Below, one piece after another: positions 1 through 9,802 of a DNA stretch of 64,000 bases. Every line of letters starts with the position of its first letter. The stretch's first letter is position 1. The stretch lies in assembly GCA_963702205.1 (NCBI GenBank), contig OY969724.1, positions 1,152,001-1,216,000 on the forward strand, in the 5' to 3' direction. Source of the stretch: an uncultured candidate division Zixibacteria bacterium (GTDB lineage Bacteria; Zixibacteria; MSB-5A5; GN15; PGXB01). Position numbers and translations under genes: made by a program. The notes under the pieces were generated by a model that saw only the letters and a program-made list of their open reading frames with translations, was not told the DNA's origin and ran no database searches.

Positions 1-1
1 A

Positions 2-193
2 CTGGTCAAGCTCGATCAAAAGATTTTGCGGTCTGTGAACGCCGCTTTGAAGACGGGCGGGCGCTTTCTTTACTATGCCTCTGCATCCGCTATAAATGGG
101 CTTGACGCCGATCCTCTAAGGTATTTTGAATTCGGTTATTATCTTGATAATTCAGAGCAGGAACGGACGATCTCCATATTTTTGAATTCATGA
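2..193 (+). CDS. 3' end of a probable 16S rRNA m7G methyltransferase RsmG/GidB (5'-truncated by window)
   Basis: Frame 2 reads LVKLDQKILRSVNAALKTGGRFLYY...RTISIFLNS*. The L-x-x-GG-x-F motif and position just upstream of parA fit the common gidB-parA-parB order. Confidence 0.5.
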   Translation: MVKLDQKILRSVNAALKTGGRFLYYASASAINGLDADPLRYFEFGYYLDNSEQERTISIFLNS

Positions 194-275
194 CATTATT
201 TTTATTGCATAAGGCCTGAATTTGTTTTAATCTCCGAACGGGATTTATCTTTTTAGTCCGGGATGGAGGAGAAAA

Positions 276-1034
276 TTGTCAAGGATTATTGCCATCGCCA
301 ATCAGAAAGGCGGGGTCGGCAAGACGACGTCGGCCGTCAATCTCGCCGCCGGTCTGGCTGTGGCCGAGAAAAAAACGCTTCTGATCGACATCGATCCCCA
401 GGCCAATGCCACCAGTGGCGTCGGTTTGGACAAATCATTACTGGAAAGATCGGTCTACGATGTCCTCATTGGCCGGACGATGGTTCTCGAGGTCGCGCGC
501 GCCACGGCTTTGCCATATTTAACCATAGTCCCGTCGGCCATCGCTCTGGTCGGAGCCGAGGTCGAGATGGTTTCGATGATGTCGCGCGAACGGGTCCTCA
601 AAGCCGCCCTGGCGACGATCGTGGATAAGTATGACTATATTCTCATCGACTGTCCGCCGTCGCTGGGTCTCCTGACCATCAACGCCCTGACCGCGGCCCA
701 TTCCGTACTCATCCCGATACAATGTGAGTACTACGCCCTCGAGGGCCTGGGCCAGTTGATGCGGACTATCGATCTGGTGAAAAGTAATCTCAACCCCGAT
801 CTGAAAATCGAGGGTGTACTATTGACGATGTACGACGGTCGGTTGAACCTGTCGCGACAGGTGGCCGCGGAGGCTCGCAGGTATTTCGAGGGGCGCGTGT
901 ACGAAACCGTGATTAACCGCAACGTTCGTTTGTCAGAGGCGCCCAGTTTCGGAAAGCCTATCATACAGTACGATATACTTTCCACCGGGGCCGAAAATTA
1001 TCTGGCTCTCACCAAGGAGGTATTGAGCAAATGA
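276..1034 (+). CDS. parA: ParA/Soj chromosome-partitioning ATPase
   Basis: Deviant Walker [46 protein letters not shown] before TTG start. Confidence 0.97.
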   Translation: MSRIIAIANQKGGVGKTTSAVNLAAGLAVAEKKTLLIDIDPQANATSGVGLDKSLLERSVYDVLIGRTMVLEVARATALPYLTIVPSAIALVGAEVEMVSMMSRERVLKAALATIVDKYDYILIDCPPSLGLLTINALTAAHSVLIPIQCEYYALEGLGQLMRTIDLVKSNLNPDLKIEGVLLTMYDGRLNLSRQVAAEARRYFEGRVYETVINRNVRLSEAPSFGKPIIQYDILSTGAENYLALTKEVLSK

Positions 1035-1876
1035 GCGGGAAAATTGTTTTGGGGCGCGGCCTGGATGCGCTCATCCCCAAAAGCGAAAGTAGTACAACGG
1101 GAGACGGCAATTACCGGACTATCCCGATAACGGATATAACGCCCAACCCGCTGCAGCCGCGACGGCAGTTCGACGAGGACGCTTTAAACGAACTCGCCGA
1201 ATCGTTCAAGGTTCAGGGACTGCTCCAGCCGGTGATAGTGCAGCGTCGCGATGATAAGTACATCCTGATCGCCGGAGAACGGCGGTTTCGCGCGGCGACA
1301 CTGGCGGGTATGACCGAAATCCCGGCCATCGTCATGACCGAAAAAGACGACGCCGACATGCTCCAGATGGCGCTGGTCGAAAACCTCCAGCGCGAGGACC
1401 TCAACCCGATGGAGGCGTCCGAGGCTTACCGGCGTCTGATGGACGACGGCGGCATGACCCAGAACCAACTGGCGGCAAAACTCGGGAAAAGCCGGGCGGC
1501 CGTGGCCAACGCCCTGCGTTTGATGACGCTCCCGGTCGAAATTAAGCAGATGCTTCGCGAGGGGCGTTTGACCGAGGGTCACGCGCGGGCGATCCTGGCG
1601 CTGGAGGATCACGACAGCCAACTCAAACTCGCCGACCGGATTATCAACGAAAACTGGTCGGTGCGGACGGCCGAGCAGACCGCGCGGCGGACCAAAAAAA
1701 GGCGGCTGGTGCCGCGTAAGAAAATGCCGGTAATAGTGGAGGCGGAAAATTATTTGAAACAGGTCCTGGGCACGTCGGTTAAAATAACACACAGCCTTAA
1801 AGGTGGACGCATAGAAGTCGAATACTATAATGATGACGACCTGGATCGACTGCTGGAGCTTTTTAGAAAGATTTGA
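1031..1876 (+). CDS. parB: ParB/Spo0J partitioning protein
   Basis: LGRGLDAL N-terminal motif, [32 protein letters not shown] overlap with parA. Confidence 0.97.
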   Translation: MSGKIVLGRGLDALIPKSESSTTGDGNYRTIPITDITPNPLQPRRQFDEDALNELAESFKVQGLLQPVIVQRRDDKYILIAGERRFRAATLAGMTEIPAIVMTEKDDADMLQMALVENLQREDLNPMEASEAYRRLMDDGGMTQNQLAAKLGKSRAAVANALRLMTLPVEIKQMLREGRLTEGHARAILALEDHDSQLKLADRIINENWSVRTAEQTARRTKKRRLVPRKKMPVIVEAENYLKQVLGTSVKITHSLKGGRIEVEYYNDDDLDRLLELFRKI

Positions 1877-2673
1877 CTTCTGTCATGAGTATGGCTCGAT
1901 ATTATAATATTATGATCGTTCCCGACGGCGTCGAAAGCTCGTTCGGGATAAAACTCAGGTCGTGGGTGTTCAAAGGCCTGATCGGTGGTACGATTGTTTT
2001 CACCGTCGGCCTGATTCTGTTCTTTATTTTTTACGGTCATATCATTTCGCGCGCCGCGCGGACCGATCAACTGGCCCGCGAGAACGAGGCTCTGAAAAGA
2101 TACAAGTACAAATTGCTCCTGCTCGAAGAGAACATGAAAGAGACGCGGAAAATTGTCTCCAAAATTTCCAGCCTGGCCGGGGTCGATTTCAAGATTCCGG
2201 AGCTGCCGCCCGACTCGGTGTTGTTTGCCGCCAGGGACAAACCGGCGGTCGTGGCCCGGTCGGTCGTGTCACCGGAGAACGTCCCCAGCGGCCTGCCGCT
2301 GGAAGGGTACATGACGCGCGGCTTTTCGGACAACGACGAAAATTATCATCCCGGTGTGGACATCGCCGCCGAAATCGGGACGCCGGTGCTGGCGACGGCG
2401 TCGGGTAAAGTCTTTTTCGCCGGAGCCGATAGTACTTATGGCCTGATGGTCATTCTGGAGCACGAGAATAACATCTCGACGGTGTACGGACACAACAGCG
2501 AGCTTCTGGTGGAAATGGGACAGGAAGTCCTGGCGGGTGGACGGATTGCACTCTCCGGTAATACCGGACGGTCCACCGCGCCGCATCTGCACTATGAGAT
2601 TCGCGAAAACGGAAAACCAGTGAACCCTTTAAAATACATTATGGACGATGAAATATCAGTCAAACAAGAGTGA
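1873..2673 (+). CDS. M23 family metallopeptidase with N-terminal TM helix and coiled coil (true start probably ATG 1885 or 1891)
   Basis: HPGVD (HxxxD) and PHLHYE (HxH) zinc motifs; SGNTGRST; hydrophobic segment around aa 35-58. Confidence 0.92.
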   Translation: MTSVMSMARYYNIMIVPDGVESSFGIKLRSWVFKGLIGGTIVFTVGLILFFIFYGHIISRAARTDQLARENEALKRYKYKLLLLEENMKETRKIVSKISSLAGVDFKIPELPPDSVLFAARDKPAVVARSVVSPENVPSGLPLEGYMTRGFSDNDENYHPGVDIAAEIGTPVLATASGKVFFAGADSTYGLMVILEHENNISTVYGHNSELLVEMGQEVLAGGRIALSGNTGRSTAPHLHYEIRENGKPVNPLKYIMDDEISVKQE

Positions 2674-3085
2674 AGGCGGAGTAATGAACACCGTAATAGG
2701 CAAGGATACGGTTTTTACCGGAACCATCGATATTAAGGGCGGGATACGGATCGACGGCACCGTCAAAGGCAAGATTATCAGCGATGATACCGTCACGGTC
2801 GGATCGACCGGTCGCGTCGAGGCCGATGTCGAGGCCACCGCGGCCATCGTGGCCGGTAAGGTGGTCGGCAATCTGAACGCCAGGGAGAGTGTCGAGCTTC
2901 AGGCCCAGTCCGATGTCGAAGGTGATATCCGGACCAAGTCCCTGGTTGTCGAACAGGGTGCCATCTTCTGCGGCGGCTGCCATATGAAAGACGGCAAGTC
3001 GGCTGCAAAATTCCTTGCCCCGGAGGAAACTCCTCAGCCATCTGTTGGTAAAAAGGAAGAAGAAACCGAAAAAGCCAAAAATTAG
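2648..3085 (+). CDS. Bactofilin (polymer-forming cytoskeletal protein, CcmA-like)
   Basis: NTVIGKDTVFTGTI...IRIDGTVKGKI...VEGDIRTKSLVVEQGAIFCGGC beta-helix pattern; adjacent to M23 gene. Confidence 0.93.
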   Translation: MKYQSNKSEGGVMNTVIGKDTVFTGTIDIKGGIRIDGTVKGKIISDDTVTVGSTGRVEADVEATAAIVAGKVVGNLNARESVELQAQSDVEGDIRTKSLVVEQGAIFCGGCHMKDGKSAAKFLAPEETPQPSVGKKEEETEKAKN

Positions 3086-3309
3086 ACTGCCCACATTCAT
3101 ATATATAATGTGGAAAAGACCTCTAATTTGTGGAATTCGCGTTATCTTGTTACATGGCATGAGCATGAATAGGTTTTGTTGAGGTTGAATTTATGCAGAT
3201 TTCAACAAATTGCTCTGCCGGTTGAAGTTACTAACGAAACGCTAATATTAAATTTGGGTCATTTTGATCCCCGTTTAACGGCCCCTAATCGGATTATCAA
3301 ACACGAAGG

Positions 3310-4324
3310 ATGGCTCCTGGAATGACTGAACAAATAAGTGATCTTAAAGCGGTAGAACAACTTAACGATGCCTACAACGGTATTCGCAAGGAAATAGCCA
3401 AAGTAATAATAGGTCAGGACAAGGTAATCGAGCAGCTCCTGATAGCACTGCTGTCGTCGGGTCATTGCCTTCTGGTCGGTGTTCCCGGACTGGCCAAAAC
3501 CCTGTTAATTTCGACCCTGGCGCAGGTTCTGGACCTAAAATTCAATCGAATCCAGTTTACCCCCGATCTGATGCCATCAGATATTACCGGCACGGAAATA
3601 ATAGAAGAAGACAAGTCAACCGGCAATCGCCAGTTTAAGTTCGTCAAGGGTCCCGTATTTGCGAATGCCATATTGGCAGACGAAATCAATCGGTACTCCG
3701 CCAAAAACGCAGGCGGCGCTTCTTCAGGCCATGCAGGAACACGAAGTCACCGCGGCCGGGCAAACATTCAAGTTGGAGGAGCCGTTTTTTGTACTGGCAA
3801 CTCAAAATCCTATTGAGCAGGAAGGCACCTACCCGCTTCCTGAGGCTCAACTCGACCGCTTTATGTTCAACATCTATGTCGATTATCCGTCGGATGCCGA
3901 AGAGAATCAGATTGTCAGGACCACGACGGTCGTGCTGAATTATAATCTCAGCAAAATCCTTTCAGCGGCCGACATTATCGGATTCCAGCAGTTGGTTCGC
4001 AAAGTCCCGGTGGCCGATAACCTGATTCAGTATGCCGTCGATATTGCGCGCGCGACGCGCCCGGACAGCGGCTCTGCGCCGGATTTTGTCAAAAACTGGG
4101 TTTCCTGGGGTGCCGGACCTCGCGCTTCTCAATATATGATTCTGGCTGCCAAAACCCGGGCCATCCTTGACGGCCGACCGACACCGGGCCCGCAGGACGT
4201 CCGTTTCGCCGCTCTGCCGGTGCTGCGGCATCGCATCGTGACTTCGTTCAATGCCGAGGCCGACGGGGTCGATACCGCGGCTATCGTCGAAAAATTAATT
4301 GAAAATGTAAAACATCGCAGTTAA
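3310..4324 (+). CDS. moxR: MoxR family AAA+ ATPase, split by a one-base insertion at about 3692-3696 (probable sequencing error)
   Basis: ORF 3310..3816 has [20 protein letters not shown] and LADEINR. The next frame continues [15 protein letters not shown]...[22 protein letters not shown]. Removing one base gives canonical EINRTPPKTQ. Confidence 0.93.
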
Positions 4325-4392
4325 GTTATTCCATATTCCTCCTAAGTCCTGGCATCTGATTGGTTGACCGTTAATGGGGTAATGTATGGGGT

Positions 4393-4971
4393 ATGGATAT
4401 GGATTTCAAAATCGGCGATTTGCCGCCGTACGGCAAAACGTTTGTAGGGCTGTTCTGCGTTCTGGTTCTGGTTGTACTTATCTGTATGACCATCCTCGGA
4501 TTCCTTCACGTCAGTTATTCCGGATATTCAGGCAACGGGCATACGTCGGCCAGTACCATAAAAATGGAAGCGATGCTCGCAACTCATGATGCCGTCACCG
4601 ATCCGGTCTGGGATGATTCCGCGCGGACCGAAGTTGTCGATGACCCGGTTATGCCTCCGGCCGATGATGAGAGTACATTCGGCATGATGCTGCAGGAAAA
4701 CCTGGAATGGGCGATGGAGCACGTCGGGACGCAGGCGCTGTTGTTTTTCGCACTCGGGTTCCTGTTCATGGGGACGAGCTTTTCCGAGAGTGCCAAGAAA
4801 CGATTTTTTTGGCTCAGCTTTGTACTTATCGTCCTGCATGTGATTTCTCTTATCGGTTCAGGATTCTGTCGGCCTGCGAACATCCTGCTGTACACGACCG
4901 GTCCGCTGTTGATCATGACGTTTGCGATCATGACGTACATGATTCTGGCGGAACTGCGGAAGAAGAGCTGA
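4393..4971 (+). CDS. Hypothetical integral membrane protein (about 4 TM helices)
   Basis: 192-aa ORF: N-terminal hydrophobic helix, acidic loop, three further hydrophobic segments. Confidence 0.75.
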   Translation: MDMDFKIGDLPPYGKTFVGLFCVLVLVVLICMTILGFLHVSYSGYSGNGHTSASTIKMEAMLATHDAVTDPVWDDSARTEVVDDPVMPPADDESTFGMMLQENLEWAMEHVGTQALLFFALGFLFMGTSFSESAKKRFFWLSFVLIVLHVISLIGSGFCRPANILLYTTGPLLIMTFAIMTYMILAELRKKS

Positions 4972-5106
4972 GGCAAGATTAAGTATTCGAATTCCGGGGC
5001 AGATGTGGACATCTGCCGCCCTCGTTATTGGAATTGTATTCCGTCAGGAAGGGGTTCATGACGGCGCGGAGGCAAGCGGCGGTGCACCCCGGTTCGGGAT
5101 TAAAAA

Positions 5107-5199
5107 GTAGGTCGGGTCCGAGAGGAGCGCAGCGAAGCGAGAAACCCGACAAAATCATACCGGAGCAAAAGGCAGAACCACTAAAAGGTTCTGGCCTAC
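5107..5199 (+). repeat. Composite REP-like element (GTAG...CTAC), copy 1
   Basis: GTAGGTCGGGTCCGA...GAGAAACCCGAC then GGCAGAACC...GGTTCTGGCCTAC; aligns end to end with 12040..12134. Confidence 0.85.
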
Positions 5200-5260
5200 A
5201 AGATTAAATCTGAATAAAACAGCGCCAGAAACTCTTTCCTGACGCAAAAGGGGTCATAAA

Positions 5261-5941
5261 ATGCGAATCAAAAAATATATAATTTTGACGGTCTTATTAG
5301 CTATTGTTTCATCCAGTAATTCAATAGCAAATGATAAGGATGACTGCATTAAGGATAATATTACGGGATTGTTGCATGTAGGGAATTATTGGGTATATGA
5401 AACGTACTACCCACGGTATATATTAAAGACATCAATCGGTTCAGATGCTATGCCGAGTGTTTCGACAATTGATTCTTTTCATATCGAAAAATATAATAAT
5501 ACAAATAACAATAACATTTATAAAGCAGTTAGGATTATAGATGTTGATGCTAAAGAGCCATATGTGGTTCATGTTAATCTAAGAATTGCTGGAGATTCAT
5601 TGCTTGAAGAGTATTATAAAGGGCCTAAAAAAGTGGAAGTTGGAATCTGGGCATTATGCCCGATGGAAATTGGTAGCAAATGGACAGAATTCAATTATAA
5701 TGAATCTACTTTTTATGAAATCATTGCTCAAGAAGATAAACGAGTTCATTCCGGAGATATTTATAAAAACTGCTTTAAAATAAAAGTAAAAGGTATAAAC
5801 CATAATTCTGGTAATATCCCTGATACTTGGTTTATATGGTTCAAGCCACACGTTGGATTAGTATGCAAGGAATGGAAAGAAGGTCTCGGCGATAACAGGC
5901 TGGATGCTCAACAGTACTTGATTAGATACAATCTTGAGTAA
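5261..5941 (+). CDS. AT-rich hypothetical secreted protein
   Basis: 226-aa ORF with signal peptide MRIKKYIILTVLLAIVSSSNSIA; visibly lower GC than neighbours; C-terminal WFKPHVGLV motif. Confidence 0.8.
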   Translation: MRIKKYIILTVLLAIVSSSNSIANDKDDCIKDNITGLLHVGNYWVYETYYPRYILKTSIGSDAMPSVSTIDSFHIEKYNNTNNNNIYKAVRIIDVDAKEPYVVHVNLRIAGDSLLEEYYKGPKKVEVGIWALCPMEIGSKWTEFNYNESTFYEIIAQEDKRVHSGDIYKNCFKIKVKGINHNSGNIPDTWFIWFKPHVGLVCKEWKEGLGDNRLDAQQYLIRYNLE

Positions 5942-5992
5942 TTTGGGTTACGCTATTTTTGGGCAAGGTGCGGATTCCTGATAGGCCGGGGA

Positions 5993-6016
5993 AATCCCCC
6001 CACTAAAGTGGTGGGG
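5993..6016 (+). repeat. Short palindromic repeat AATCCC(C/A)CCACTAAAGTGGTGGGG, copy 1 (copy 2 at 9599..9622)
   Basis: 24-bp near-identical hairpin seen twice in intergenic DNA. Confidence 0.8.
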
Positions 6017-6115
6017 CACGCAAATCGTGTCGATATTAATGTCAATTAGGATATAGACGGATAATAAATTTACTCACAATAGAGCATTCTGGATCGCGGC
6101 CGCGTATTAATAGCA

Positions 6116-6709
6116 ATGGAATTGGATAATAAGAAAGATGTTGTCTTTGATCCGTCGAAATGGGTCGAGGCCTACGGCGACTATTTGTACAATTTCGCAT
6201 ACACCCGGCTATGGAACCGCACCGTGGCCGAAGACCTCGTGCAGGAGACATTTTTAAATGCGCTGAAATCCAGAGGCAGTTTCAAGGGACTGTCGTCGGG
6301 GTTGACCTGGATGGTCAGCATTTTGAAAAATCTTATCAGAGATTATAAAAGAAAGCTGTTCCGGGAAATCGAATGGCAGAAGATGGCAGAAGACGACGAG
6401 CACGCCGAATCGTTCAATCGCGGCGGCAAGTGGAAAGGTCACTGGGACCCGAAACTGGCGCCAAAAAGCTGGGGCGACAGCCCGGACGCCCTTCTCGAGA
6501 ACAAAGAGTTCTGGGAAATAGTCGAATATTGTCTCGAAAAGCTCCCGCAGCAGTACGCCGTCGTGTTTGTCTGGTATCAGCTAAAGGAGATCGAAAGCAA
6601 AGTTATTTGCAAGGAATTGAGCCTGACGGAGTCCAATCTATATAGTATAATGCACCGGGCCCGAAGCAGGCTCCGTCATTGCATCGAAGAAAACTGGGTG
6701 ATAGAATGA
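6116..6709 (+). CDS. ECF RNA polymerase sigma-70 family factor
   Basis: Region 2 AEDLVQETFL...LTWMVSILKN; region 4 ICKELSLTESNLYSIMHRARSRLR. Confidence 0.93.
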   Translation: MELDNKKDVVFDPSKWVEAYGDYLYNFAYTRLWNRTVAEDLVQETFLNALKSRGSFKGLSSGLTWMVSILKNLIRDYKRKLFREIEWQKMAEDDEHAESFNRGGKWKGHWDPKLAPKSWGDSPDALLENKEFWEIVEYCLEKLPQQYAVVFVWYQLKEIESKVICKELSLTESNLYSIMHRARSRLRHCIEENWVIE

Positions 6710-7041
6710 ATTCGGAACAAAAAATCGGTGTCGCCAGAAGATTCAAGCTGTGGGTTATCGACCTGATCGCTTATCGTCTGCCGCCGTGCGATGTTATAAC
6801 CGAGCAGCTTTCGAAAGCTCGCCTCGGCAAGCTGAGCCTCAAGGAACGAATTCTGGTCAGGCTGCATCTTACGGTCTGCGACTGGTGCACCAATTATAAA
6901 AAGCAAATCGGGATTATCGACAGGACACTGGAAAAGCTCCCGAAAGAATACGGCGATGAAGCCGAAGTCAAATTTACTCTACCCGATGACGCCAGGAAGC
7001 GCATTCTCAGCAATCTGAAAGACTCGGACTCCAATAAATAG
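6706..7041 (+). CDS. Soluble zinc-binding (ZAS-type) anti-sigma factor
   Basis: ATGA overlap with sigma gene; upstream Cys (PPCD) plus H-x3-C-x2-C (HLTVCDWC). Confidence 0.85.
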   Translation: MNSEQKIGVARRFKLWVIDLIAYRLPPCDVITEQLSKARLGKLSLKERILVRLHLTVCDWCTNYKKQIGIIDRTLEKLPKEYGDEAEVKFTLPDDARKRILSNLKDSDSNK

Positions 7042-7200
7042 ACCGTCTTTCTCCATATTTCATAAAAATATCCTGTTTTATTTTCATTTCGCCTGCAAGG
7101 AATTTCCGGGCCGGACAACTAATCATCGAAATCAGTTGATACCGGCCACCGGTCATATTGAAAGACGGTGGGTTGGGAAATGATGCTCAGATAGTACATT

Positions 7201-7249
7201 GTCGGGTTTCTCTTCCCCGACGAAGTCGGGGATTCGGAACCCGACCTAC
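7201..7249 (-). repeat. GTAG-type REP-like palindrome
   Basis: Reverse complement reads GTAGGTCGGGTTCCGAATCCCCGACTTCGTCGGGGAAGAGAAACCCGAC. Confidence 0.85.
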
Positions 7250-7344
7250 AACCTTGGAACCCGGCCTGCTGTTTGATTGAATTTTTCAAATTGGCCTCTA
7301 TAGGAAGCCAGGAATACTAAACATCTTCCTGAAAGGAAAGCGCT

Positions 7345-9364
7345 ATGGATACGTGCGCCAAAAATTCTGTCCGCGGTTTGTCCCTGTTTCTTTTTGCACT
7401 TTTAACCGCGATCGTACTGTCCGTCCTGCCCGGAGACGGCCGGGCCGCGGTGATTAACGTCCCCGACGATCAACCGTCGATCCAGGACGGCATTGTCGCC
7501 GCCAATTTCTTCGATACGGTTATGGTGGCGCCGGGTCGGTATTATGAAAATATCGATTTCCTCGGCAAGTGGATCGTCGTCACCAGCCGGTTCGCTCTGG
7601 ACAATGACCCATCGTACATTTTCAACACGATCATCGACGGCAGCCAGCCGGTTCATCCCGATTCGGCCAGCTGTGTCCTGATGGTGACCCATGAAAATAA
7701 TTTTTCGATCCTTCAGGGTTTCACATTAACCGGCGGAACCGGCACCAACTGGGTCGATGAGCACGGGGCTGGGACATTCCGCGAGGGCGGCGGTATTTTG
7801 ATGACCGAAAGCAGCCCGATTATTCAGTACAATTATATCGTCGACAATGAAGCGGTTTTTGTTCCGTCGGGGCTGGTCAGCGCCGGCGGCGGTGGAATTC
7901 GGATCGGCGACGGCGATCCGCTGATACAAAACAATATTATAGGTACACAACCGGGGACGCTACGGGGCCGGAATCGTACTCAACTACTGCCAGGGGACCA
8001 TAAGAAACAACGTCATCGCTTATAATACTGGCGGTGAAGACTATGGCGGCGGGGGAATCTGGAAAAATCCCGGCACGTCAATCGTAGAGAACAATACCAT
8101 CGTCGGCAACGTCGCCGCGACCGGCGGAGGCGGCGTGTATATTTACGCCTCGGGTACGATTACGCTCCATAATAATATCGTCTGGGGCAACGCGCCCAAT
8201 CAAACTTATCAGACCTTCGGCGGGAGCTTCAGCGCGTCATACAACGACATACAAAACGGCAGTCTCGCCGGGACGGGAAACATCGACGTCGATCCGGCAT
8301 TGATAGGCGAATTTTTATATCTTACGACCGGTTCGCCGTGCACCGATGCCGGTGATCCGGGAGTCGCGTTTTACGATCCGGAAGATCCATCTGCGCCGGG
8401 CAGCGCAATCTGGCCGGCGACCGGGACGCTGACCAACGACCTTGGAGCGTACGGCGGACCACTGAGCTTTACGCTCGAGCCGGTTTCGTTTTTCGCCGAC
8501 ACGACTATCGGCTGGGCGCCGCTCGAGGTGGCGTTTACGCCGATTTATGGTTATACGGTCAACAGTTGGTCGTGGGATTTCGGTGACGGCGACGGGGCGA
8601 CTGTCGAAAATCCGGTGCATACATTCACGACCGGTGGACAGTTTGATGTATCGGTCGATGCGGGAACCGATACCGGCACCAAATCGAGGATCAAGACTAA
8701 ATACATCAGTATCCTGGCCGACACCCTTATCGGTATCGATGCCGAGGGCGACGCGGGCGGAGACGTGGAAGTTACGGTCAACGCCCGAAACAACGTCCCG
8801 GTTTCCAAGATCAGGCTGCCGTTCGAGTACGGTGGCGGGGATTTTAGTCTGACATTCGATTCATTCTCCACAGCTGGCTGCCGGACAGCGGCTTTCGATA
8901 CCGTCGCACACATTTTCGCCGACGTGTTCGGCCATCGCGACGTGCTTTCGATTTATAATTACAACAGTTCAACGCCCGATCTGGAGGCCGGTTACGGGCC
9001 GATTATAAAGCTGTATTTTTCTATTCCCAATCCGGCGTCGGGGAGTGTGACGTTGACATACGACGGATTCATGTCATATCTGCCGATTTTTTACAGCCCG
9101 CTTCTGACATATAATCCGGTGGTAAACACGAGCACCGTGTCGACGTCGTTTTTGTGCGGAGATGCCTCGGGCGATGGGGACGTTAACCTGATCGATATTT
9201 TATACCTGATATCATATAAATATGACGTTCCTCCGGGGCCGGAGCCGATGCCGCTCGCGGCGGGCGACGCCAACGGTGACGGCGCTATCAACCTGGTTGA
9301 TATTTTGTATTTGATCGACTACCGGTATGGTACACCGCCGGGGCCGGATCCCTTATGTCCTTAG
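7345..9364 (+). CDS. Secreted right-handed beta-helix + PKD + cohesin-like + dockerin protein, split by a one-base insertion at about 7942-7946
   Basis: Signal peptide, VPDDQPSIQDGI...VAPGRYYENI and GGGI repeats. The shifted frame HNRGRYGAGIVLNY...GGGGVY runs without a stop into ORF 8135..9364. PKD WSWDFGDG; paired dockerin loops GDASGDGDVNLID and GDANGDGAINLVD. Confidence 0.85.
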
Positions 9365-9380
9365 GTGGTAAGGGCAACGC

Positions 9381-9485
9381 GCCGTCAGGGATGATTCCTG
9401 GCGGCGCTTTTATGTACGGTAAATTAACGGTTGATTGCTATTTACCGGCAAATGTTATAAACTTATAGACGTTGAAGGCGTAGAA
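9381..9485 (+). repeat. 105-bp non-coding direct repeat, copy 1 (terminator-like hairpin plus extended -10-like TGTTATAAA)
   Basis: Ungapped alignment to 11934..12038 with 15 mismatches by hand count, 6 of them in or next to the hairpin loop. Confidence 0.9.
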
Positions 9486-9517
9486 GATTTTGTGTTCCGT
9501 CAGGATGGCGGAAAGAT

Positions 9518-9592
9518 GTCAAGCCGCCCTTCGCAAGGCTCACCCCGCAAGCTCAGCGCAGGCAGGGCCTTCGGCAAGTCGGCTTGACCTAC
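9518..9592 (-). repeat. REP-like palindrome GTCAAGCCG...CGGCTTGACCTAC with nested hairpins
   Basis: 9-bp terminal inverted repeat followed by CTAC (GTAG on minus strand); ends CTACAAGA like the 5107 and 12040 elements. Confidence 0.7.
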
Positions 9593-9718
9593 AAGAAGAA
9601 TCCCACCACTAAAGTGGTGGGGAAACCAAATTGAGTCGATTGCTCACTTATTCCAGCCGTCGGCTTTTCTCAACGTCCTTGTATCGAGCATTGTCTGGTA
9701 CGAATCACAAATGGTTTC

Positions 9719-9746
9719 TTGACAGATATTACATCTCCGATATATT
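9719..9746 (+). promoter_or_regulatory. Putative sigma70 promoter
   Basis: TTGACA-N16-TATATT upstream of the C10 peptidase gene. Confidence 0.5.
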
Positions 9747-9802
9747 TAACATATAGCCCTGTTTTCAGCGTTGTCTGAAGTCAACACTGGCCGGAGGTGA
9801 TT

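Noticed and set aside
3089..3136. TGTGGAAAA/TGTGGAATT DnaA-box-like motifs after bactofilin as oriC
   Set aside because: Only two imperfect boxes and no dnaA/dnaN nearby; insufficient support.
3310..9364. moxR and the beta-helix gene as true pseudogenes or as separate gene pairs
   Set aside because: Each has a single one-base shift at the same motif with intact sequence on both sides, which favours a sequencing artefact.
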